A DNA stretch of 34,325 bases from an uncultured Methanosarcinales archaeon (GTDB lineage Archaea > Halobacteriota > Methanosarcinia > Methanosarcinales > Methanogasteraceae). Location: assembly GCA_965369365.1 (NCBI GenBank), contig CBDUQO010000003.1, positions 1 to 34,325 on the forward strand, written 5' to 3'. This document shows positions 20,103 through 29,552 of the stretch, piece by piece; position 1 is the first letter of the stretch, and each line of letters starts with the position of its first letter. The position numbers and the translations under genes were made by a program. The notes beneath the pieces were generated by a model that did no database searches, was not told the DNA's origin, and was given only the letters and a program-made list of their open reading frames with translations.

Positions 20103-20879
20103 TCACTCTTTGTATATGAAGATCTTGATCGAGCATAAAATCATAAAAATTCCAAAAATGATTTTTAATGTGATCGCAGGCAGGATATTTGCAACGATGG
20201 CTCCGAAAATGGCGCCGATCAGCGATGTGGGGATCAGGAATTTTATTGCGTCGATGTCTATGTTATTAAATTTCTTATGGAATATCGCTCCTGCAAGGGT
20301 GGTTGGTAGAATAACCGTTAATGAAGTAGCAACTGCTTCGTATATCGACAGTCCAAAGAAAAGGTTTAGCATTGGAACCATTATCACGCCACCACCGATG
20401 CCAAATAGGGCGGAAGCCGAACCTGCGATCAGACCCAGAATCACCAGCAAGGGGTATGCAGTGGTATTTGAAACTGCTTCTGCAGGAACATTTATTATCC
20501 CTGCTAATTTTAACCCAATAAAAAATAATAGAAAGGCAAATAATTTTGTTAATAGTTTGACACTCATCTTATGTGCCAGTTCAGCACCAAACTTTGCACC
20601 GATGATCGAGCCTGCAATGATAAATAACACGACAATAAATTTGATGTTGCTGCTTTCTATGACATAGTGTGCTATTATTCCAACAAAAGCAGTAGGAACT
20701 ATTATTGCTAATGACACACCGATAGCCTTCTTTATTTCGTAATTAAAGAAGAAGATCAACGATGAAACCAGGATCGCCCCACCCCCAATGCCCATAGCAG
20801 CGCTACAGAACCCGACGACCAGACCTATAAGTAGCAGATTGAGATTTTTCATCCTATATCCCATTTTGACGAAACCCAT
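20103..20879 (-). CDS. Sulfite exporter TauE/SafE (TSUP) family protein
   Basis: Two GIGGG repeats, AIGVSL and AVATSL motifs, about 8 TMs; AT-rich coding sequence; start uncertain. Confidence 0.9.
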   Translation of the reverse strand: MGFVKMGYRMKNLNLLLIGLVVGFCSAAMGIGGGAILVSSLIFFFNYEIKKAIGVSLAIIVPTAFVGIIAHYVIESSNIKFIVVLFIIAGSIIGAKFGAELAHKMSVKLLTKLFAFLLFFIGLKLAGIINVPAEAVSNTTAYPLLVILGLIAGSASALFGIGGGVIMVPMLNLFFGLSIYEAVATSLTVILPTTLAGAIFHKKFNNIDIDAIKFLIPTSLIGAIFGAIVANILPAITLKIIFGIFMILCSIKIFIYKE

Positions 20880-21052
20880 GTAAAAACGTTGCTCGCCGGA
20901 ACGAGCTGCGGCGCACCGGCAGATATTTTTGGGTCTCTGGTATCTTGAGTTGCAGTGACCAACGCTTATAAGAGATTGCCCATTTTATCCAAATCTCCCA
21001 ACTCTAATCTAGGAGATTTTCCGGGAATTTAGTCTATTTCTATGCAGTTTTA

Positions 21053-21140
21053 ATCACGAATTTCACGAATGGACAAATGACACGAATTTGTTCCGGCTTA
21101 ACATTCGTGAAATTCGTTTATTCGTGTCATTCGTGATCCC
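21053..21140. repeat. REP-like inverted repeat (CACGAAT family)
   Basis: atcacgaatttcacgaatggacaaatgacacgaat...attcgtgaaattcgtttattcgtgtcattcgtgat; matches 170-247. Confidence 0.75.
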
Positions 21141-21235
21141 TAAGCGCTTAATATTCCGCCAGCACAATTCATCTACGAGATGCTTGTAACTCGAATTACC
21201 AGAGAGCCATATTTTTATGTACACACGGCACAATT

Positions 21236-21940
21236 TTGATCAGGGATATGATGGTAAGGAAAATAAAAACCGGTAATGCTACAACAACGGTCTTCACCCC
21301 GGAACTGGACAAAATCATAAAGCTAGGCGGAGCTGCGATCGCAAAGATCCTGAAAAACGACCCGGGTGGAATGACCGTCCGGGATCTGATTGAATATCAC
21401 TTGCAAGAGATCGATGATAGCACACGCGATGATCTTACGATGGCTCTTGCCCTGGCGTTTGACGAGGCAGTCGAGCAGACGATAGCGTTTCCGCTATTCA
21501 CCAATGATCCGATGGTGCTTGCCGAGTACGAGCGGATAGGTGTGCCTGAGCGGGTTCGTACGTTTCTCCGTTATATTGTTTCGCTCTATGGTGCACGAGC
21601 AGAGGATGCGGTGATCTGTCTGGAGCAGCCGGACGGACTGAAACAGACCTATTTCACTACCAATTACGACGAAACAGGCATACCACGCAGCATCACGATG
21701 AAACTCACCAGAGCGGACAACGATTCGATTATCATCACCGACGAACCGGATTCGTACCTCTTTTTGGTTTATCAGATGCTTGAGCGGTTGGCTGGCATCG
21801 AGCTTCCGGATGCGCCGGATCGGAGCATCATAGACGCACTTGAAAGTATCGGGGGCAAAGTTGATGGCAGGATCCGGAACGGTGCCAGAGACCGCATCAA
21901 GAGTAGTACAAAGGACAGTATCAGAGAACCCGAATCGTGA
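21236..21940 (+). CDS. Hypothetical protein
   Basis: Long ORF with normal composition; its TGA overlaps the next ATG (TGATG); start uncertain (ATG at 21248 or 21251). Confidence 0.7.
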   Translation: MIRDMMVRKIKTGNATTTVFTPELDKIIKLGGAAIAKILKNDPGGMTVRDLIEYHLQEIDDSTRDDLTMALALAFDEAVEQTIAFPLFTNDPMVLAEYERIGVPERVRTFLRYIVSLYGARAEDAVICLEQPDGLKQTYFTTNYDETGIPRSITMKLTRADNDSIIITDEPDSYLFLVYQMLERLAGIELPDAPDRSIIDALESIGGKVDGRIRNGARDRIKSSTKDSIREPES

Positions 21941-23088
21941 TGGAAGAATATTTACTCTCAGGAAGCATTCTCTGCGGCGATGATTTTGAGGTGGTAGAAG
22001 GCTACATCCGCATCAGTGATGGTGTTATCGCAGAGGTTTGCGAAGAACCGGGACATGTGGACGCGCGGGCACACGGAATCATCGTGCCGTGTTTTGTGAA
22101 TGCGCACACGCACATCGGCGATTCGGTGCTAAAAGACCCTCAAGTCACAGATCTTGCCAGTCTTGTGCAACCCCCCGACGGACTCAAGCATCGGGTGCTG
22201 CGCACAACTGGCATGCACGATCTTGTGCGGGCGATGCGGGCAAGCATCTGTGATATGTTTGCAACCGGCACATGCGCATTCGCTGATTTCAGGGAGGGGG
22301 GCTTGCGCGGGGTGCGGGCACTGCAACATGCGGCAAGCTCTACTCCTGTGGATGCGGTGATCTTTGGCAGACCGGTAGGTTCTGGTAGTGATGACCTGGT
22401 CTGTGGCAGCGATGATGCGGACCGGGGTGGTTCGACAGACCTTAAAGATGAGATCGGTTCGATCCTTGGCTGCGCGGACGGCATCGGGATCAGCAGCACG
22501 AGTGATTACAAATACGGGGTCGCAGCGGCAATCGCGGAGTGCGCAACGAAATGCGGCGGCAGGTTTGCGATCCATGCAGGTGAACTCGATTCGACAGATA
22601 TCAAGGATGCACTGGCGTTAAACCCCAGTCTCCTGATACACTTGACGCACGCATCGACTGGTGACCTTTGCCAGGTTTATGATCAGGATATCCCGGTTGT
22701 AGTCTGTTTACAGTCAAATCTCCTGACCAGAGTTGGTGTGCCACCGGTTGAGGCGATGTTTGCTGCGGATGTGACAGTTGCTGCCGGAACAGACAATGTG
22801 ATGTTTAATTCGGTGGATATGTTTGCAGAGATGCGTTTTTTATCTTCGGTTCTCGCTCTGAGCGAGCAGCAGGTGCTCAGGATGTGTACCCGGTCTGGTG
22901 CGCTCGCACTCGGTCTAAACTGCGGGACCATCGAAATAGGGGCAGATGCGAAGGTGATGGTACTTGATAAGGATTCTTGTAACCTTGTGGGTGCAAGAAA
23001 CATCCTTAGAAGCGTGGTGCGGCGTGCAAGAGCAGGAGACATTCTGTTCTGTTCCGGTGGCACCAAACGCGTTCAGTGTGTGATATGA
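21940..23088 (+). CDS. Metal-dependent amidohydrolase (deaminase-like)
   Basis: FVNAHTHIGDS, ADFREGG, IHAGE, IHLTH, GTDN. Confidence 0.9.
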   Translation: MEEYLLSGSILCGDDFEVVEGYIRISDGVIAEVCEEPGHVDARAHGIIVPCFVNAHTHIGDSVLKDPQVTDLASLVQPPDGLKHRVLRTTGMHDLVRAMRASICDMFATGTCAFADFREGGLRGVRALQHAASSTPVDAVIFGRPVGSGSDDLVCGSDDADRGGSTDLKDEIGSILGCADGIGISSTSDYKYGVAAAIAECATKCGGRFAIHAGELDSTDIKDALALNPSLLIHLTHASTGDLCQVYDQDIPVVVCLQSNLLTRVGVPPVEAMFAADVTVAAGTDNVMFNSVDMFAEMRFLSSVLALSEQQVLRMCTRSGALALGLNCGTIEIGADAKVMVLDKDSCNLVGARNILRSVVRRARAGDILFCSGGTKRVQCVI

Positions 23089-23498
23089 GACTTGTTTGCC
23101 TGCGCAACCTCGCGTATAATGTCGCTTGCACTCAGTATTCCAACAGGTCGCTGCGATGCACCAACGCCTTTCTCCGACAGTATAAGTAGCCGGTGTGTGC
23201 CTCGCTCGGTCATGGCTCTTGCTGCCTGTTTAAGTGTGGCATTTGGCGCAATCGCAATCAGGTACGGAGACATGACATCCTCGGCAGACATCTGTTCGGG
23301 ATTTGGTTTGCCAAGCACCTTGATCACATCCATCTCTGATATGAAACCGATCACATCCCCGTGTTCACCAATCACTGCCACTCCGGATAGATGCTGGTCG
23401 GTCATCTTCTCTGCGATGTCCTTGAGCAACGTCTCCGCAGATGCGGTTACCACTCCGCGCGTCATCACGTCACGGATCAATTTTTCACATGATTTCAT
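23073..23498 (-). CDS. CBS-domain pair protein
   Basis: IRDVMTRGVVT, GFISEMD, AEDVMSP, VGILSASDII; GGTGA RBS before ATG 23498. Confidence 0.9.
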   Translation of the reverse strand: MKSCEKLIRDVMTRGVVTASAETLLKDIAEKMTDQHLSGVAVIGEHGDVIGFISEMDVIKVLGKPNPEQMSAEDVMSPYLIAIAPNATLKQAARAMTERGTHRLLILSEKGVGASQRPVGILSASDIIREVAQANKSHITH

Positions 23499-23672
23499 AG
23501 TTATCACCTGCTATCAGTCGGTATACCCGAAACTACATTCCCCGGGTGTACGCAGCCTCACATTTTCGCTAAACCCGATGTAATATTCTTAATTGGACTG
23601 CTCACAACCAGTTACAACCATATTGTATGCCAGTTAAGAAAAATGTATCGATCACTGGAATATACGCTGCCA

Positions 23673-24689
23673 TTACTGACAAACAACTCTGACAATGTGA
23701 TCCAATGGCTTTATGTCGAATCTAACCTCTGTGAATTGCTCGCTTACCCTGATATTTGTTTTTGCGTGGAGTGATAGCTCCCGCGTTGTAAACGATCCGG
23801 ATTTCGCTATAGCCATGTATGGAATCAGTTGATCTGCCAGATAAATATCCACCGCGGCTTTAGAGTCAAGTTCTCTGATAATATTATCCGCTGCGCCTGA
23901 TCCAACCACCTCGGCTGGTTTCCCACGCTCCCCAAGCGCAGATCCACCGATATGACCGCACCAGAGCGTAATTCCACTGCCTGTTGATGCAGCACCCTTG
24001 CCGGGGGGTGCCACCGTGATATCGGTATCGATCCTGCCATCGTGCCCGTGATCATGCAGTCTGGCGATAGCCGCACTACGCTGCCTTTTTGCGACGTGTT
24101 CAGGGAGCCTTGACGAGTGTGAGCAGCCATGAACCGCATCGGAAGTTTTTTCGCAAAAATCGGCACCGGAAATCCCGGATGGCTCGATCACCGCCCGGAC
24201 ACGCCCGCCTCCGCGCGGGTAATAGCCGCGCCGCATGACCTCGATGTTCACATCGCACCCCATCAGCGCGAGCGCGGGCAACAGGACATGGCGAAGGTGG
24301 TCGATCGGCGGGCTCCATTTCACATCGGTGCCGCCCGTGATGTCAAGGACGACCGTATCCGGAGCATGGAGTGCAACAGGGATCAGACACTGGAGAAGGA
24401 GTGAAATACTACCGGCTGTGCCAATATCCATGCGATACGTTCCGCCGATGATCTCGCCCGGGATAAATGTCAGTTCTGTGGACCTGATCTCATCGCCTGT
24501 TGTATCAGCCCCCGTAAGTTCAGTCATCGCCCTGATTGCTGCCAGGTGCTGAGCCGAAAGCCCTGGCTTTGGGCGGTTTTTACGAATATGGACAATCTTG
24601 ACAGGTGTTTCCGTAATCGCAGCCATGGCAACAGATGTGCGCAGGATCTGTCCGCCGCCCTCTCCGAACGAGCCGTCAATGGTTAGCAT
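23673..24689 (-). CDS. rtcA: RNA 3'-terminal phosphate cyclase
   Basis: IDGSFGEGGGQILR, RPKPGL..QH, GTAGSI, GGTDV, RGYYPRGGG, LADQLIPY, HAKTN. Confidence 0.96.
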   Translation of the reverse strand: MLTIDGSFGEGGGQILRTSVAMAAITETPVKIVHIRKNRPKPGLSAQHLAAIRAMTELTGADTTGDEIRSTELTFIPGEIIGGTYRMDIGTAGSISLLLQCLIPVALHAPDTVVLDITGGTDVKWSPPIDHLRHVLLPALALMGCDVNIEVMRRGYYPRGGGRVRAVIEPSGISGADFCEKTSDAVHGCSHSSRLPEHVAKRQRSAAIARLHDHGHDGRIDTDITVAPPGKGAASTGSGITLWCGHIGGSALGERGKPAEVVGSGAADNIIRELDSKAAVDIYLADQLIPYMAIAKSGSFTTRELSLHAKTNIRVSEQFTEVRFDIKPLDHIVRVVCQ

Positions 24690-24714
24690 ATATCCTGATC
24701 AACAATATGGTCAC

Positions 24715-25995
24715 CTAAAGCAGCCTTGCTGGCACGACCTGTTTCGCGATCAGGTCTCCGTAACTCTCCTGTCCGCGTATCAAGTCCACCTCACCCGCGC
24801 TGACCAGAACCTCGGCACACCTACAGCGTCCGTTATACTGGGAGCTCATGGAAAACCCGTACGCTCCGACATCGAGCACGGCAACCACATCACCAGGTTC
24901 GATTGGCGGCAACTTACGATCCTTTGCAATGACATCGCCTGATTCGCAGATTGGTCCCACGACAGTATACGTTTCAGTCCCGGCAAGATCCGCTTTGTTT
25001 GCAACAACCACCTCGTGGTGCGCATCATACATAGCGGGGCGGATCAGCAGATTGAGTCCGGAATCCACACCCACAAAAGTCTTTGCCGCCTTTTTTATAG
25101 TATTTACACCCGTGAGAAGAATGCTTGCATCGCCGACGATGTATCTGCCCGGTTCAAGTATCAGTTTTGGGGATATCCCAAGATTTTTCGAGCGCTCGTT
25201 AAACGTTGGGAGGATTGCGCCAGCAAGATCGCGTGGTTCTGGCGTTTTTATATCCTTCTGGTACGGAATGCCAAGCCCGCCCCCAAGATCAACAAATTTG
25301 AGATCAACGCCGAGTCTCGTGATCTGTTCGACCAGATCCATCATCTTTTCGACTGCCTCGCCGAAAGGAGCAACATCGACGATCTGCGAGCCGATGTGGC
25401 AGTGGATGCCAACCGGACGCACTCCTCTGAGTTTGTTTGCCTCTTTGTACGCTTCCACCACATCAGCATACCCGATTCCAAACTTGGAGGCTGCAAGACC
25501 GGTTGCGATCTTTGGATGGGTGTCAGGAGAGACGTCAGGGTTGACCCTGAATGCAACATCCATTGTTTTGCCGGATTTGACAGCGAGATCGGAGAGTGCA
25601 TACAGTTCGTGGAGCGAATCCATAGAGACGCGCACTCCGGTATCAATTGCCATCTGTAGCTCGTTTAACGTCTTTGAGTTGCCATTAAAAAGAATCCGCT
25701 CCGGCGGAATACCTGCAAGGAGTGCTGCGTAGAGTTCGCCGTCAGAGAAGACGTCAGCACCCGCCCCTTCGGACGCAAGGATCCGCAGGATCGCAAGATT
25801 CCAGTTTGCCTTTGCTGCATAGTATATATCCGCATCAGGAAATGCTCCCCTGAATGTGCGGAAGTTCCTGCGCACACGGTCTTCGTCGAGTACATACAGC
25901 GGCGTACCGTACTCCTGTGTGAGTGAGACTGTATCGACGCCGCCGATAGTGAGGTGGTGGTTCTGTATGCTGAGATGATCGCTTATTCCGGACAT
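24715..25995 (-). CDS. lysA: Diaminopimelate decarboxylase
   Basis: YGTPLYV, YAAKAN (PLP lysine), SKFG, HCHIGSQ, LGGG, EPGR, GPICESGD, GAYG. Confidence 0.96.
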   Translation of the reverse strand: MSGISDHLSIQNHHLTIGGVDTVSLTQEYGTPLYVLDEDRVRRNFRTFRGAFPDADIYYAAKANWNLAILRILASEGAGADVFSDGELYAALLAGIPPERILFNGNSKTLNELQMAIDTGVRVSMDSLHELYALSDLAVKSGKTMDVAFRVNPDVSPDTHPKIATGLAASKFGIGYADVVEAYKEANKLRGVRPVGIHCHIGSQIVDVAPFGEAVEKMMDLVEQITRLGVDLKFVDLGGGLGIPYQKDIKTPEPRDLAGAILPTFNERSKNLGISPKLILEPGRYIVGDASILLTGVNTIKKAAKTFVGVDSGLNLLIRPAMYDAHHEVVVANKADLAGTETYTVVGPICESGDVIAKDRKLPPIEPGDVVAVLDVGAYGFSMSSQYNGRCRCAEVLVSAGEVDLIRGQESYGDLIAKQVVPARLL

Positions 25996-26069
25996 TGGTA
26001 CTCCTAAGTATGAAATGTTACAGATATAAAAAACGTCAGTTCCAAACTACTTAAGAGTTTTTGAAAAAT

Positions 26070-26270
26070 CAGTAGTTCCGAAACCGCCTCCATCCGAACG
26101 GGAAAAACCTATGAAAGACAGTTTCACATAACTCCAAATGATTTTTACTCGTCAATCTGATAATATTGTGATATAATTTGTCTTATTCTTACTTATTTAT
26201 CTAAAAACTGTTTTTATACCACACTTACATGACAATTTCCATTTGGAATTATATTCTTTCAGAAGTGCTG
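26070..26270. mobile_element. MITE-like element, left copy (~200 bp)
   Basis: Begins cagtagttccgaaa and ends tttcagaagtgctg (imperfect 14-bp TIR); colinear with 30252-30451; preceded by AAAAT. Confidence 0.75.
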
Positions 26271-26277
26271 AATCAAT

Positions 26278-26332
26278 GCAAAAGTATATATGTTACGAGT
26301 AACCAGTGTAATCGATGTAACATGGGTGTAAT
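26278..26332 (+). promoter_or_regulatory. Putative BRE/TATA promoter with an overlapping operator
   Basis: gcaaaagtatatat, then palindrome GTTAC-ga-GTAAC (26292-26303) and GTAA boxes at 26299, 26308, 26317 and 26328. Confidence 0.5.
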
Positions 26333-26471
26333 CTCTACCACTATTCGGGACATTGATGAAAGTCTTTATCGCAAATTTAGAGCCGCATGTGTTGAAAAGA
26401 AAATGAAGACCGGAGACGGTATCAACGAAGCAATCAATCTTTGGTTGAAAAAACAGGGAAAATTAAGCTAA
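26322..26471 (+). CDS. Small ribbon-helix-helix DNA-binding protein (49 aa)
   Basis: MGVISTTIRDIDESLYRKFRAAC...TGDGINEAINLWL fits a beta-alpha-alpha pattern; the track start at 26229 falls inside the MITE. Confidence 0.75.
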   Translation: MGVISTTIRDIDESLYRKFRAACVEKKMKTGDGINEAINLWLKKQGKLS

Positions 26472-26513
26472 TATAGTATCAAAGAAATGTGAATAAAGGG
26501 GGATACTCTTCGC

Positions 26514-29500
26514 ATGGATCAAGAAGAAACATATGAAAAAGTTTGTTCTGAACTTGAATATCATTGCGGGATAATAAAGGATATAGAACAAGCTCACTCT
26601 CCTGTGCAGAGACATCTTTTCTCTGAAGCAAAACGACTAATAAGAAATATTGATGCTATGTATTTCTCAGGTGACGTACCGATCGCCTACTTTAAACTAC
26701 TGTCGTCTGATTTTGACGAAACGGAAATCATAAAGCTTCATCGTCGTGTCTGGAATCAAAGTCGCATCCCTCTTCTTTATGTTATTACTCCTGGTGAGTT
26801 GCGGATATACAATTGCTTTGAAGAACCTGCTAATCCTGAGATCGAAGAATTGGATACACAGAAAAGACTTATCAAACACTTTGATATAGCAGCAGGAATT
26901 CTTGAGGGGCTCAAGAAATTTTCAAAATCTCAGATAGATTCCGGTGCTTTTTGGAAATCGGAAGAAGGGCAGAGATTTCGAAGCGATCGAATGGTGGATC
27001 AGAGACTCCTTAAACACCTTCGTATCACTCGTGAAAAATTGCACGACCAGGGGTTAGAATATTCAGTTATCCATAATCTTTTGGGACGATCTATTTTCAT
27101 CCTGTACCTCGAAGATCGCGGTGCAATTGATAAAGATACATTCTATAATCAATTTTTAGATGGTGCAACAACGTATTCTGATGTGATCAAAGACAAGAGC
27201 GCGGTATATCGATTATTTGAAAAATTGAAAGAAGAATTCAATGGCGATCTTTTTCCTGTGACTGATGAAGAGCGAAACAGCAACGTAAATAGTACGCATT
27301 TGAAACTCATCAGAGAGCTTTTTTATGGGACAGATATGGGTACAGGTCAGCAAACGCTCTGGCGTCCTTATGATTTCGGAGTCATTCCAATCGAACTCAT
27401 AAGTGCGATCTATGAAAAGTTTCTACATAAAGAAAAAGAAAAAGGTTATCTATCAAAAGAAGGTGCTTATTACACACCACACGCCCTTGTCGAATTTATA
27501 TTGAATGAAGTGTTGCCATGGCCAAGTAACCGTGACCATCGGTATGAACTAAGCATCCTTGATCCGGCATGTGGTTCTGGTATTTTTCTTGTTGAAGCTT
27601 TTCGCCGGTTGGTCGCGCGGTGGAAGTTCAGCCATAACGATAAGGACATTTCGATTCCAGAATTGAAGCGCATTCTCACTAATTGTATTTATGGAGTTGA
27701 CATCAACAAGGATGCTATTAGAGTGGCTGCATTCAGCCTGTATCTGGCATTCATGGATTATCTTGAGCCCAAGACGATAGGGGATGAAATTCGGTTCCCG
27801 TATTTGGTATACTGCCCAGAAGATCCAGACAAGTATGGAAAGAATCTGTTTCCGATGGATATATTTGAAACGGTGCCATTCGAGAACATGAATTACGATA
27901 TCATAGTAGGTAATCCACCTTGGAAACGCGATAGTCTTCCTGAACACATATCGAATTATCTTAGTAGCAGAGGTTTTGCTCGGGAGATTGCACAAGCCTT
28001 CCTATGGCGCGTCCGCGATTTTTCGTCCAATGGAAAAATCGCTTTATTGGCAACAAGTAAGATTCTATTCAACACTGAAACAAAAGATTGTCACTTCCGC
28101 AGGGAATTTTTCGGACAAAACTATGTAGAAATGGTTGTAAACTTCTCTGCGCTAAGAAGAACAAAGGGTAAGAAAGGGAGGCAACTTTTTGTATCCGCGG
28201 TTGGACCTGCTACTCTTTTCTTTTATCGTACGAATACACCCGAACAACCTAAATCTGCCATATTGTACTGTACACCCAAACCAACGAGGGCAGATAATGC
28301 ACTACCTGGAATTACCATAGACGCGTCTGAGTTCAAATTTCTACCCAGAATGAAATGTAGCACCTCTGATATGATCTGGAAGGTGGCAATGTGGGGAACT
28401 CAGCGAGATTTGGAGCTTATAGAACGACTCCAAAAATATGATACTTTGACAGCATATTTCGGTTCCTGCAAGAGTGATTTATCGTGGAAAAAAGCACACG
28501 GGTTTCAAACGTCATCCAGCCACAATAAAAACAAACCTAACGATCGCTTATCAAATATGCCGTTCATTGATGCGAAAGACGTCACACGTTTCTGGATAAA
28601 TCCCGATAAAATTACGAAAGTGAAACCAAATGCTTTTTTCAGATTCGGATGCACGGAAACATATTCCGGACCGCACATTATTATAAAAGAAGGGCAGGCG
28701 AATAAGAAGTTTTGTGCCGCGTTTACTGAGCATGATTGTGCTTTCCGCAAGACAATAACTGGGGTGTCCGGACCTTCGGATGAATCTGCTTTGATGAAAG
28801 CAATCACGGCATACCTAAATTCTTCTTTTTCATCGTATTTTCTATTCTTGACCGCTTCAACTTGGGGGATAGAACGTGAAAGTGTATATCCCACAGAGGT
28901 TTTTCGATTGCCGGATTTACCATTTCGTTTTACGGATGAGCAGATAGATAAGCTGGCAGGCAATGTTGATGCGATTGGTAAATTGATGGCAGATGGGTTG
29001 CCTGATACCGATGCGTATATCTGCAAAATCGAAGCTGAGATAGATCAAATTATTTATAAAAGTCTTGATCTGTCCAAATCCGAGCGATTTTTAATCGATG
29101 ATGTACTCGAATATAGTCTGGATTTTTTCCAAGAAGGTGAGAACTCCAAAGCCTGTAACATAGTGGATACTAAAGACCTTGAAGCTTATTCAGAAACGTT
29201 CTGTGATGCGGTTAACAGCATTCTACAATTTGGAGAATCGAGAGCAAAAGCAACGGTTTATCGTGGTGATGCACCACTTCGTGTAGTATCCATTCGCTTC
29301 AACGAAGTTGATGACGAAAGAACTGTAACGGTATCTGATTCGACCGATGAGTTGGAAAATGTTCTATCAAGACTCGACAGGCAGATTATAGAAGAATATT
29401 CCGGAAGTATATATGTTAGGCAAAATGTGAAAATCTATGATAAGAACACGCTCCATATAACAAAGCCTGATGAAAAACGCTTCTGGACTCGTTCGATGGC

Positions 29501-29552
29501 CCTGCGTGATGCAGATGAAACATTAGCTGAAGGATTGCGGCGGAGTAGTTGA
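26514..29552 (+). CDS. Large N6-adenine DNA methyltransferase, type IIG/Eco57I-like, with a TRD region and an apparently degenerate N-terminal nuclease domain
   Basis: GAYYTP, motif I LDPACGSGIFL, YGVDI, motif IV GNPPW, FNGDLF, IPIELISAIYEKF, C-terminal AYLNSS. Confidence 0.9.
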   Translation: MDQEETYEKVCSELEYHCGIIKDIEQAHSPVQRHLFSEAKRLIRNIDAMYFSGDVPIAYFKLLSSDFDETEIIKLHRRVWNQSRIPLLYVITPGELRIYNCFEEPANPEIEELDTQKRLIKHFDIAAGILEGLKKFSKSQIDSGAFWKSEEGQRFRSDRMVDQRLLKHLRITREKLHDQGLEYSVIHNLLGRSIFILYLEDRGAIDKDTFYNQFLDGATTYSDVIKDKSAVYRLFEKLKEEFNGDLFPVTDEERNSNVNSTHLKLIRELFYGTDMGTGQQTLWRPYDFGVIPIELISAIYEKFLHKEKEKGYLSKEGAYYTPHALVEFILNEVLPWPSNRDHRYELSILDPACGSGIFLVEAFRRLVARWKFSHNDKDISIPELKRILTNCIYGVDINKDAIRVAAFSLYLAFMDYLEPKTIGDEIRFPYLVYCPEDPDKYGKNLFPMDIFETVPFENMNYDIIVGNPPWKRDSLPEHISNYLSSRGFAREIAQAFLWRVRDFSSNGKIALLATSKILFNTETKDCHFRREFFGQNYVEMVVNFSALRRTKGKKGRQLFVSAVGPATLFFYRTNTPEQPKSAILYCTPKPTRADNALPGITIDASEFKFLPRMKCSTSDMIWKVAMWGTQRDLELIERLQKYDTLTAYFGSCKSDLSWKKAHGFQTSSSHNKNKPNDRLSNMPFIDAKDVTRFWINPDKITKVKPNAFFRFGCTETYSGPHIIIKEGQANKKFCAAFTEHDCAFRKTITGVSGPSDESALMKAITAYLNSSFSSYFLFLTASTWGIERESVYPTEVFRLPDLPFRFTDEQIDKLAGNVDAIGKLMADGLPDTDAYICKIEAEIDQIIYKSLDLSKSERFLIDDVLEYSLDFFQEGENSKACNIVDTKDLEAYSETFCDAVNSILQFGESRAKATVYRGDAPLRVVSIRFNEVDDERTVTVSDSTDELENVLSRLDRQIIEEYSGSIYVRQNVKIYDKNTLHITKPDEKRFWTRSMALRDADETLAEGLRRSS

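Noticed and set aside
20040-20103. GTGATGA...CCGA hairpin as a C/D sRNA, hammerhead ribozyme or attC site
   Set aside because: No canonical CTGA D box, no complete hammerhead core and no matching attC ends; at most a terminator-like hairpin
23073-23088. 16-nt convergent overlap of the amidohydrolase and CBS genes
   Set aside because: Common in compact archaeal genomes
24715-24717. lysA TAG as a read-through site
   Set aside because: The protein appears complete at this point; read-through would add only ~13 residues running into rtcA
24848-25732. 294-aa and 214-aa plus-strand ORFs
   Set aside because: Antisense shadows of lysA
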